Source: a virus (lineage: Duplodnaviria; Caudoviricetes). Taken from it: DNA of 56,110 nt. The stretch is taken from positions 1 to 56,110 of the IMG/VR virus record IMGVR_UViG_3300030098_005697, one strand, 5' to 3'. Positions within the stretch are counted from its first letter, which is position 1. Each line of letters opens with the position of its first letter. Below the pieces are notes generated by a model that was not told the origin of the DNA, searched no databases, and was given only the letters and a program-made list of their open reading frames with translations. Positions 7,988 to 16,272 of this stretch are shown piece after piece. A program made the position numbers and the translations under genes.

Positions 7988-10164
7988 TCCTGCGTTGGGA
8001 GCGCGACTACTTTGCCAGCCGGTTTCTTCACCTCGGGCACAGGAAGGCCGACATATACGTCAACCTTTCTTCCCGCAATTCGAGCAGGTCGAACATCTGT
8101 TCCATCAATATCTCGAACAGCCAACCTCACCAAAGTCTCACTGCGATAATCAGAACGACCATTCCGCTGACACCATTCACGGTAGCAACCGTAAAGCGTC
8201 TCACAGGGCACACACTTTGAAGCCGCTGAGTCAGAGACTCTAAGATACGAAGGTCCGGGGGGGTAGTTACTGAGCATGGCAACTGCACCATAATTTGCGA
8301 GGTCGCACACAAAGGTATCGACACTTCCCATAGAAGCTCTTTGCAACTCTGCCTTCTTCTGGTTTACCACTGGGGTTGCAATCAACTGCCAATTGACTTG
8401 GACAGTATTCAGATGCCACGCGAAGGCTTCAATCTCCGCGCGAAAACCAGGCATAGGCGTGCTGGACTGAGCATCAAAGCAGTCTCTCAACATTTGGCGA
8501 TAAGCTGGGGAAGCTTTCGCAGGCGACAGGACTGTAAAGCGGCGATCATCTACTTCAAGGACCAAAGGACGCCGTTTGTTGGAAGTCATCCACCATGTCA
8601 TTCGGTTCTTTACTGTAGTTCTGGCCGCATATGGAGCGCTACAATGAATCCGGTCGTCTGTAATGCAGGCCTTTATCTCTGCAATAGAATCACCTTTGCT
8701 GACTCCAACTTCATCGGCCAAGACCAGTAGTTTGGCTACATAGTGAGAGTTGAAATTATCACTCAAAGCTCGGTTGGAAACCACAGCGCTGTTTCCAGTC
8801 CCAATGACATCTGAAAGGATCCTTCCATACATTGACTTTCCAATCCCCTGCTGAGGAGAGAGGACCAAAACTGCAACCATAGCGCGCCGAGCAGGTTCCT
8901 GAACAAGAGCAGCGGACCAATGAATCAACCACTCTTTGGCCTTCGCATCACCAGCACAGAGCAAGTCGATAACTTGCTCAATTCTGTCCCAAGACCCTGG
9001 AGCCGGTTCAAGAGTAGGCCAAGCATATAGGTTCAAGAGCGGAAGCTTATTCACATAAACCACAGGATCCTTCAATGCTTGGCAATCAAACCCATAGACC
9101 TGACGGCTTAGAATATGATCGACCAGAGCTTGAGCATGATTTTTGTCGCACCCGGTTGGAAGCAGACCAATGAAATGATCAATGAGAGTTTCCTTCTTCA
9201 TCGGGCTGGAAATCTGCCAAGCTCCATCAGAATGCCGATAGAAGACCCCTTGCATGGAAGAGTAAACAAGCCGCTTCTCCGCATACTTTTGGATCTTGTC
9301 CGGAACCTCGGCAAGAAGATCCTTCCGAGCTTCAACTGATCTCTGGGCAGACTTCTTCTTAGACGCCTCTGATATCCACCACTGTTTTCCCTCATGGGTA
9401 TGTCGATCGCTGGTGCACTGGATGAAACACCGCCCGTTTTTGGTAACCCGGACAAACGCACTTCCAATAGAAGCATCCTCTTGCATAGGGCATGCGATCT
9501 TGTACTTACCCTCCCCCATTTTTATGATGTCGCCCAGAGACTTCTTAGTTCCATCTCCCAGAACAACTACAAGGTTCTTATCAACCTTGGGCAGAGAGCC
9601 ACTTTTCTTTTCCTGGCTAATCTCATTGGCATCCAGCACAGAACCCTCCATATATACATCAGCAAAATACTCTGCTCCCTTCTTCCGAGCAGGCAAAGCA
9701 TAGTGCCTTGAAATGTTTCTCGCCTGCCGATCAACTCCTTGATCATAACCGATGATCTTAAGGCCATTCTCCCAAGCTCCAGAATATTCGTTGGGTTTAA
9801 GTGGACGCGATACGAAGAGAATCACCCGGTAGCGGGGATTGTTGACATCATGAGACCATGTGGTGTGGATGATAAACGACACCCCCTTCTTTGAAAGGGC
9901 CACACTTACGACCTCGGGCCTCAGGGTTGTGTGGTCGTAGTCGTAGACCAAAGCTGTAACTTCTTTGACGTTCCCGTTAGATCGCTTCTCACCTGGGCCA
10001 TACAAAGAAGGAGACCAGCAAGGAAGGTCCTTTTTAGGGAAGCTCGAAGTCCGTTCAGGTGGGGACTCGAATGTTCGAGTGATATCAGAGGGGGACTTGA
10101 AAGCGGCAAGACGAGAGTATATACTCATCATGCCAGGGAATAGGGATACATTCCACGGTAGCAT
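7984..10164 (-). CDS. Primase-helicase (N-terminal prim-pol, C-terminal SF3/DUF5906-like P-loop)
   Basis: LVYDYD, HTTWSH, PRYRVIL in the N-terminus. QQGIGKS, LADEV, TSN, DDRRF in the C-terminus. Confidence 0.85.
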   Translation of the reverse strand: MLPWNVSLFPGMMSIYSRLAAFKSPSDITRTFESPPERTSSFPKKDLPCWSPSLYGPGEKRSNGNVKEVTALVYDYDHTTLRPEVVSVALSKKGVSFIIHTTWSHDVNNPRYRVILFVSRPLKPNEYSGAWENGLKIIGYDQGVDRQARNISRHYALPARKKGAEYFADVYMEGSVLDANEISQEKKSGSLPKVDKNLVVVLGDGTKKSLGDIIKMGEGKYKIACPMQEDASIGSAFVRVTKNGRCFIQCTSDRHTHEGKQWWISEASKKKSAQRSVEARKDLLAEVPDKIQKYAEKRLVYSSMQGVFYRHSDGAWQISSPMKKETLIDHFIGLLPTGCDKNHAQALVDHILSRQVYGFDCQALKDPVVYVNKLPLLNLYAWPTLEPAPGSWDRIEQVIDLLCAGDAKAKEWLIHWSAALVQEPARRAMVAVLVLSPQQGIGKSMYGRILSDVIGTGNSAVVSNRALSDNFNSHYVAKLLVLADEVGVSKGDSIAEIKACITDDRIHCSAPYAARTTVKNRMTWWMTSNKRRPLVLEVDDRRFTVLSPAKASPAYRQMLRDCFDAQSSTPMPGFRAEIEAFAWHLNTVQVNWQLIATPVVNQKKAELQRASMGSVDTFVCDLANYGAVAMLSNYPPGPSYLRVSDSAASKCVPCETLYGCYREWCQRNGRSDYRSETLVRLAVRDIDGTDVRPARIAGRKVDVYVGLPVPEVKKPAGKVVALPTQE

Positions 10165-10217
10165 AGGTTTAATCCTTTTCGCCTGAGAGACTCGCCCCTC
10201 TCAGGCGATTTTGTTTT

Positions 10218-10475
10218 CTACTCTTCTTCTGAAGAGCTTGTGATTTGAGACAACCCTTCTTGTAGAAGGAATTCGATAGTTGAGTTGGTAGAAATGGAGG
10301 CAGCAGGGAATGACCTTCTAAGCTCCTCTGCCAACCCATCGAGTCTCTCCCAAAATTCTTGGGGCAACCGTAGGGGCCGCCGCTTTCGATCTCGCGCCCT
10401 TGTTGTACCATTCCGGGCAGAGTTCAGGAAGGGGGATTCTTCCGCTTTCAACATCCCGCGTATTGTCAACTTCAT
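10218..10475 (-). CDS. Ribbon-helix-helix (Arc/CopG-like) DNA-binding protein
   Basis: RPLRLPQEFWERLDGLAEE...STNSTIEFLLQEGL strand-helix-helix pattern. Start MKLTIRG with AGGAG and ATGA overlap. Confidence 0.7.
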   Translation of the reverse strand: MKLTIRGMLKAEESPFLNSARNGTTRARDRKRRPLRLPQEFWERLDGLAEELRRSFPAASISTNSTIEFLLQEGLSQITSSSEEE

Positions 10476-10837
10476 ACATTCTCCTGTTTGATCCAAAGTC
10501 TTGGCCGCTTCCCGGCTGTTCTCCAAACTTGCTTCCGAACATACCCCCCAGCCCGAAGTACATTTGCAATTTGAATCTTTGCTTTGTGGTGGCCGAAAAG
10601 TATCTCATTTGGAAATAGGGCAGTAATCATCTCTTCCATTGAGAAGCCCCGTTTCTCATCTTGTAGTCTTTGGGCCACAACCAAGATGGCCTGAGCCGTC
10701 CTTTGAATCTCGGTTGTTCCTTGCGCTCTCTCCTCCAGCATTGAGAGAGCTTCCCCAATGAGAAACTCTGGAGAGGTCCCAAGCTGAGAAGAGAGGGCCG
10801 ACACCCTCTGCTGGAACGTTTCACTTAAAATCATCAT
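10472..10837 (-). CDS. Putative DNA-binding protein (N-terminal RHH-like, C-terminal winged-helix-like)
   Basis: ILSETFQQRVSALSSQLGTSPEFLIGEAL and IANVLRAGGYVRKQVW. Start re-set to 10837 after AGGAGG. Confidence 0.55.
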   Translation of the reverse strand: MMILSETFQQRVSALSSQLGTSPEFLIGEALSMLEERAQGTTEIQRTAQAILVVAQRLQDEKRGFSMEEMITALFPNEILFGHHKAKIQIANVLRAGGYVRKQVWRTAGKRPRLWIKQENV

Positions 10838-10856
10838 GACCTCCTGTGTCTCTAAT

Positions 10857-10885
10857 AAACTACCATATCGGGGGTATGGTGTCAA
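10857..10885 (-). promoter_or_regulatory. Sigma70-type promoter of the replication operon with internal operator-like palindrome
   Basis: TTGACA-N17-TAGTTT with extended -10 TG. ACCATA-N7-TATGGT inverted repeat at 10862-10880. Confidence 0.7.
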
Positions 10886-11323
10886 TGCTTAGACTTGTCA
10901 ATCAGGTGTCAAGGTATCGATGGAACGTTGCAGATACATCCCATAACCTTTAGAGTGTTTTACCCCCTGAAAATGCAGTTAGAACCTACTCTAAAAATGC
11001 TCTAAACCTCGTGAGTGGAGGGGGTCTAAACTGTATGGTATAAACTACCATGTACCACGTAGGTGGTACTTTTAGGTAAAGAGTGTATGATGACCCCCCA
11101 CTCTGGATTGTCTGAGTAGTCAGCGAAAATACCCTTCGGAACTATCATACTCCCAGAACTGGATTGACTTGACTAACGCCACAGGACCTCGTGAGTGTAG
11201 TCCCTACCAGAAAATGGGGTTTCTTTGCCTGATATCTACATCTCTTATAATCGTGTGTAGTGGGTATAAGTTCCGGCGAACGTTCCAGATAAAGTCAATA
11301 CCCTACAACACAGGCAAATTGGG

Positions 11324-11352
11324 TTGCATAAACGTGGCTTTCTCGGTAGTAT
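11324..11352 (+). promoter_or_regulatory. Sigma70-type promoter for the isolated plus-strand gene
   Basis: TTGCAT-N17-TAGTAT about 55 nt upstream of AAGGAG-ATG. Confidence 0.55.
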
Positions 11353-11408
11353 CCTCTTGGCATACCCGGATTCACCGGGCGGGCGATGTCCCGTAAGAGT
11401 CTAAGGAG

Positions 11409-12314
11409 ATGACGATGCCTCATATCAAACCAAAACATTTACATCCTCAACGCGGAACTGGTTACCATGGTGCTCTCCTGGGCATTGCAGAGGAAGCGAT
11501 AGCTGAAAACGACCTCGTAATTGCTATTGGCTACGACGGAGAACGGATCAAATTTCGCCAAGCAGATACTGATGCCGGTGGAAGAGATATTGGGATCATG
11601 GGTGTAGCTGACCATGCTGCTGGTGTTGGAGAATCTCTTCGAGTTGTTTCATACAAGCTCATTAAAAACGTAGACACCAGTGCTGTATTTGCTGCTGGCT
11701 CTCCAGTTTATGTATCTGATACCGCAGGCGGATGGTCTGCGGCTTCCGGTGCAGTTGGAATCGTTGCTGGTCAAGCACTTGAAAAGCATGCTTCTACTGG
11801 CGCTGTCTTGTTGGCTCCTGGTATGACCAACGCTCGGATGCAGAAAAAACGCGTGATTGCTTTGACGAATGCAACAACAACAGCACGCACAATGCTTGCG
11901 GATGAATCTGGCGCACTCGTTACATTGGACCCCAACACCAATACTGCAACTACAATCACTGTGACCTTGCCTGCTATCGCTGGGACTGCTGGTATCTATT
12001 ATGATTTTGCAATCATCAAAGATATGCAACATACCGGAGCCGATATCATTATCAATACAGCCGGAGCGAGTGAAGCCAACTTTGTTGGATTCCTCACTCA
12101 AGGCACTCCCCAGATTGCCGAGGGCGGGAGCGCCACACATGCAGCATCTGTAAACGTTCTTGAGATTGCACATGGAACGATTACCTTTGATGCATCTGTA
12201 AGCCTAACAACTGGGAATACAAAGTTTCAGGTTATCTCTGATGGAGTCCAGTGGATTATCTCTGGAAACAGTACAGCGGTCAGTGGTGTTACAAACCCAG
12301 TTCTGAGTAACTAA
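11409..12314 (+). CDS. Probable virion decoration/head-fibre protein
   Basis: N-terminal cement-like domain (AEEAIAENDLV...IMGVA...AGSPVYVSDTAG), then Thr/Ala/Gly-rich beta domain (LADESGALVTLD...VTLPA...YYDF). Confidence 0.55.
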   Translation: MTMPHIKPKHLHPQRGTGYHGALLGIAEEAIAENDLVIAIGYDGERIKFRQADTDAGGRDIGIMGVADHAAGVGESLRVVSYKLIKNVDTSAVFAAGSPVYVSDTAGGWSAASGAVGIVAGQALEKHASTGAVLLAPGMTNARMQKKRVIALTNATTTARTMLADESGALVTLDPNTNTATTITVTLPAIAGTAGIYYDFAIIKDMQHTGADIIINTAGASEANFVGFLTQGTPQIAEGGSATHAASVNVLEIAHGTITFDASVSLTTGNTKFQVISDGVQWIISGNSTAVSGVTNPVLSN

Positions 12315-12333
12315 GCCAGCGTAAATCGCAGAC

Positions 12334-12368
12334 AAAAAAAAGCCCCTGGCCATTACGACCAGGGGCTT
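12334..12368. terminator. Intrinsic terminator between convergent genes (U-run on minus strand)
   Basis: 10-bp stem AAGCCCCTGG/CCAGGGGCTT with a 9-nt loop, preceded by an A8 run. Confidence 0.85.
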
Positions 12369-12390
12369 ACTTGTTTCTATTGAAACTTAT

Positions 12391-12582
12391 CTATTCTTTT
12401 CTGAACCCATCAAACCACGGACCATACTTCTTCGTCCTCCTCTGGGCTTCCTCTGAGGTCGCGGTTCTGCTGGAGGTCTCGGGATCATTACAATGTTCCC
12501 GCGCTTCTTCCTCGGTGAGTCCCGTTCTCACCACCTCTGCATCTCGGGACCTATTTGCAAAGCACCTAATTATTGTGTACAT
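12391..12582 (-). CDS. Small conserved-looking phage protein
   Basis: MYTIIRCF...TGLTEEEAREHCNDPETSSRT...GPWFDGF. GGAGG RBS. Pattern recalled from small phage early proteins, not verified. Confidence 0.7.
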   Translation of the reverse strand: MYTIIRCFANRSRDAEVVRTGLTEEEAREHCNDPETSSRTATSEEAQRRTKKYGPWFDGFRKE

Positions 12583-12763
12583 TTCGAACCTCCTCCTCCA
12601 GGGCACGAACCAAACCCCAAAACTCAGGGTCTTCCTCAAGGGGAATCGGGGAGTCTCCCCGAGCCGAGATATAAATGGTGAGCCTGTCAGCCTTAATGGC
12701 CAACTCACTGGGCACACGCAACTTGTATTCCCCAAATAGTTGTAGTTGTTTCTTGTCTTTCAT
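12566..12763 (-). CDS. Hypothetical protein
   Basis: 65-aa ORF with GGAG RBS, tightly packed in the operon. Confidence 0.6.
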   Translation of the reverse strand: MKDKKQLQLFGEYKLRVPSELAIKADRLTIYISARGDSPIPLEEDPEFWGLVRALEEEVRNVHNN

Positions 12764-12769
12764 ATTTGA

Positions 12770-13690
12770 TTACTCCATAAGTTGAACGATTGCGGTGGTA
12801 GCAATACCATCAATTTCATCGCATCTTGTTTTGATGCTCTCCAAACCCCCGCCAAAGATTTTAGCGTAGCGTTCTGCACGCTCCTGGAGGCTGATTGCAT
12901 CCTCTCTCCGAGACTCCAGTGCACGCTGGCCTTGAGAACCCGATAGGATTTGAGCTTCCAACTCATCAGCTTTCTGTTGAATCTCCCGCTCTGCTCTTTC
13001 AACAATGGTTCGAACCCCCTTTGGGTCCATTGCTGTCCGAAGCCGGTACAATCGATTACCCTCGTATGCTTTCTCCAGGCAAGCTCCAAGCCACGCCCAG
13101 GTTTTGACATATTTCTCAGGGAGCCAGTAAACTCCTCCACGAGATCGCAGGGAAGTCCCGTCCATCCTCCAGCAAGCATCTGCCAATGCCTTGCTGACCT
13201 TTGCCGATGGCACCTTGCCTAACTCCACATGGTAGAAGGCTCGAAGGGAAACAATGGTTGGGTGCTCCTTCGGAACTGGGTTTCCTGTTTTAACAGAGAA
13301 CAACTCTGGTTCCTGGCCATCCTTTGGTACTGGAACTGAGAACAGCACCTCAGTACCATTTACTGGGAGACCATTTTCCTCAGTAGCGAATCTTCGCGCT
13401 ACTTGGTATCCGCTGTTCTTCTTCTTCTCCAAGGGTTCAATGACTGCTCCCATTGGGGAAAAGACTTTAGCCAGAGCCTTCTTTAACGCGGCTAAACGCG
13501 TGTTCCTTTCAGGCAGGCACTTGATGAAGCCTCCACGAGGGGGAATAACTCCCCGACTTGCAGCATGCGCATCACACGCCTCCAAGTTTCGCTTCAACGT
13601 TTCCCAGTTTGTGCTCTCGGTGAGCGACCATAGGACAACACAGCCCGAAAGGCTGACGCTCTTCTCTTCTACTTTGCCTGTTATAGACAT
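12770..13690 (-). CDS. DUF6744-like protein associated with MoxR/vWA modules
   Basis: GCVVLWSL N-terminus, LRSRGGVYWLP motif and C-terminal coiled coil. Adjacent to the vWA gene. Family name from recollection. Confidence 0.55.
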   Translation of the reverse strand: MSITGKVEEKSVSLSGCVVLWSLTESTNWETLKRNLEACDAHAASRGVIPPRGGFIKCLPERNTRLAALKKALAKVFSPMGAVIEPLEKKKNSGYQVARRFATEENGLPVNGTEVLFSVPVPKDGQEPELFSVKTGNPVPKEHPTIVSLRAFYHVELGKVPSAKVSKALADACWRMDGTSLRSRGGVYWLPEKYVKTWAWLGACLEKAYEGNRLYRLRTAMDPKGVRTIVERAEREIQQKADELEAQILSGSQGQRALESRREDAISLQERAERYAKIFGGGLESIKTRCDEIDGIATTAIVQLME

Positions 13691-13721
13691 TGCTTTCTCC
13701 AGTTGGTTTTCCTACCTCGAA

Positions 13722-13781
13722 ATTGAGTGCAGGCCGAGACCCACCAACATCGCTGCTGGTGGGCCAAGGTCTGAACTCAAT
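13722..13781 (-). ncRNA. Repeated intergenic hairpin, copy 1
   Basis: UUGAGUUCAG...CCCACCA/UGGUGGG...CUGCACUCAA. Starts on the vWA gene UGA. Confidence 0.75.
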
Positions 13782-15111
13782 CGTCAACGACGATTTTCTT
13801 CATCCACACGGGCACTCCTCTTCCACCATTATTGCAGTGTCCCAAAATCACTGCGATTTGTTTGCAACCTTTAGAGGGCTTCAATGGCCACGGGGTATAG
13901 CCATCTGTCAACGTGACAATAATGTTGGGCCGAGGTTTCAGGGCCAGAGCAGCTTCAATTCCAACCGTCATATCAGTACCTCCCCGCCCTGTTATCTTAA
14001 TATCTTGCGCTCTCCGGAACACTTGAGCTTCCCCTGCTCTGGTATCGCAGGGAATAGCTCTTACCTTTGCACGCTTCAGAACCCGCACCGCCTCATCAAT
14101 CTCTGACAAAGCAGCCGAAACGTCGGCATCATTCATGGACCCCGAAGTATCAACCACAAAACACACACTGGGAATAGGACTTACCATCCCAGCCAGAACT
14201 ACACCCTCCTGGGCAGTTGCCTGGAGCATCGAAGGAGACCGGTAACTTTTCTCTGCTCTCCCCTTTACCCAAACTTCCGCCTTCTTTAGTGCAGACTTGA
14301 AGGCGTTCTGCCACTTCACCTTTGGAGGCTTTAATGGAGAGGTGAGACGACTGACCCAGTTTCCGGGGAGGTCTCCCCTTGCCTGGGAAGATGTCGCAAT
14401 AGCCTCAGCCACTTGCCGCTTCATCAATCGGGCTTCCGCCCCAGAGACTCCAGGACTTCCACCTTCATCGGGAGGAGCTTCTTCCCAAGGACGGGGAACA
14501 CCGTCCACGATACTCCCACAGTCACCATTTCCCGGAGATGCACCAGAGGACTCTTCTCCCTCACCCTCCTGGGCATCATCTCCTCCTCCCCCTTCCCCAT
14601 TTTCGTCCCCATCTTCGTCCCCATCTTCTCCATCTCCATCCTCTGGGGGTTCTTCTTTCTGGAGGAGGTCATAGTATTGCTCTGCTGAGAGGTCAGCGGA
14701 CCAACCAAACTTCTCTGGCTGGAGAGCATCGGGAGGAAGCATCCGACGGAGCTTTGGACAGCAGTTTATTTCCAAGTCGCACGCAACGTTCCAAAGTTTG
14801 GGGTCACGGGAACCCCTCCGCTCGTGGTGTTCCAATACACCATGAAAGATTTCATGGCCAATTAGGCCCGTAAACTCTGTCTTGGAAAGCCCCTCAACAA
14901 ATTTGGGGGAAAGATAGACCCTCCAGAACTGATCCATGGCAGCAGTCTGCACTTCATCCGACCAGATAAACTGAACGCGACAAACTGCCGACGGAAGGTA
15001 AGGAAACCCCACCGGAGTATACCGACTCTCCCCCGGCTTGCCAATGGCAACCGGGTTTAGGAGGCGCGCCATAACGCCCTCTAATTTCATGCGTAGTTCA
15101 CTACTAACCAT
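13777..15111 (-). CDS. DUF2201-type metallopeptidase-vWA domain protein
   Basis: HEIFH zincin motif, WNVACDLEIN, acidic linker, MIDAS DTSGS...GGTD...LTDGY. Confidence 0.9.
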   Translation of the reverse strand: MVSSELRMKLEGVMARLLNPVAIGKPGESRYTPVGFPYLPSAVCRVQFIWSDEVQTAAMDQFWRVYLSPKFVEGLSKTEFTGLIGHEIFHGVLEHHERRGSRDPKLWNVACDLEINCCPKLRRMLPPDALQPEKFGWSADLSAEQYYDLLQKEEPPEDGDGEDGDEDGDENGEGGGGDDAQEGEGEESSGASPGNGDCGSIVDGVPRPWEEAPPDEGGSPGVSGAEARLMKRQVAEAIATSSQARGDLPGNWVSRLTSPLKPPKVKWQNAFKSALKKAEVWVKGRAEKSYRSPSMLQATAQEGVVLAGMVSPIPSVCFVVDTSGSMNDADVSAALSEIDEAVRVLKRAKVRAIPCDTRAGEAQVFRRAQDIKITGRGGTDMTVGIEAALALKPRPNIIVTLTDGYTPWPLKPSKGCKQIAVILGHCNNGGRGVPVWMKKIVVDD

Positions 15112-16111
15112 GCTTCACCTCTGTGATTCTCCAACCGAGGACCTCTCCAGACTCTGGGTATCGCCTCCGAAACTGGGCTTCCCCTAAGTACCCCAGTTGG
15201 GTACCTGCCTTGGGCCAGTGCCCACCGTGCTCATAGTTATTTTCAACTGCCACAGAGGCAGGAGTGGGAGTACCAATTTTATACCTCCAGTTGAACACTC
15301 TTCTCCCCGTTCCGGGGTGACGGTACATTCTCTCTACTGGTTCCTTGTATACAACAAGACCCCCGCCAAGCTCTTCCAGCACAACAACTCTTGTGCCCTC
15401 AGTGTTGAAGGCATGAAAGTACTTCTTAACAGTGGGCCAATGGCCACTAACTTCTTTATCAGGAAAGCTTTTATTGGCAGCATCTCGCAGGCCATCTCCT
15501 TGAAAGTTTCCTGGTAGGGAGTAGAGAAAAGTTCTCTTGTGGAATTGAAACTTTCTCTGCCCTTGACTTCGCATCCAGAGAACGCGGGCATGAGCACTTC
15601 CACGTCCATACCTAATACTTGCATAATCACCCCACTTGGGGACAATCGCCTGTGCCGCTTCCCGGTGTGCTTGAAGTTCTTCGCGAAGGACCTTTGCTCC
15701 TCGAATAAGGGGAGCAGGAATATCACTACGTTTTTGGTTGTGTCTCCCGATGCCTGGGTAATTCTTCCCGTTCGGGAAGTGCGCTCTCCAAGCATCCCGA
15801 ATCTGGTAGCACCGGCATATCCCGGTGTTGGTTTCTCCAGCCAAGCCAAGCAGCCCAGCAATCAGGTCCTCTTCGGATACCCCATCTGTGACCTCTTGGT
15901 GGTCATGAAGAAACAAGTCTCCATTCCACCGCAGGGAAATGCGGTGCCTTTTCCCCATGCAGTTAACGTTCGCTGTAACTGGCCCCTCCCAGGGGGAGCC
16001 AACAGCCTTGTGCTTTCGCACAAGCTTCAACTGCTTCTTTCTGTTCGCTCTTGCGCGCCGCTCCTGGCGCTTCCTTAACTTTCGATTTTCTCTTCGTGTT
16101 GCTTTACTCAT
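15104..16111 (-). CDS. Hypothetical basic protein
   Basis: Start MSKATRREN follows AGGAG. Arg/Lys-rich N-terminus. Confidence 0.7.
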   Translation of the reverse strand: MSKATRRENRKLRKRQERRARANRKKQLKLVRKHKAVGSPWEGPVTANVNCMGKRHRISLRWNGDLFLHDHQEVTDGVSEEDLIAGLLGLAGETNTGICRCYQIRDAWRAHFPNGKNYPGIGRHNQKRSDIPAPLIRGAKVLREELQAHREAAQAIVPKWGDYASIRYGRGSAHARVLWMRSQGQRKFQFHKRTFLYSLPGNFQGDGLRDAANKSFPDKEVSGHWPTVKKYFHAFNTEGTRVVVLEELGGGLVVYKEPVERMYRHPGTGRRVFNWRYKIGTPTPASVAVENNYEHGGHWPKAGTQLGYLGEAQFRRRYPESGEVLGWRITEVKHG

Positions 16112-16191
16112 TACTTTGTCTCCTGATTTTGCTTGGTTTTGGTTCTTCTTCCTATTCTTCCTCTTCCTACTCTGAACTTTAGTACAAACAT
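16111..16191 (-). CDS. 26-aa basic micro-protein (unannotated)
   Basis: GGAGAAAGT-ATG leader like other early genes. MFVLKFRVGRGRIGRRTKTKQNQETK. TAATG coupling to the next gene. Confidence 0.5.
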   Translation of the reverse strand: MFVLKFRVGRGRIGRRTKTKQNQETK

Positions 16192-16272
16192 ACTTTCTCC
16201 TTTGGTGTAAACACCACGAGAGGCACCCGCTCCAGAGAACGAGTGCCCCAAGCACTGCCGACACAATCAGAG

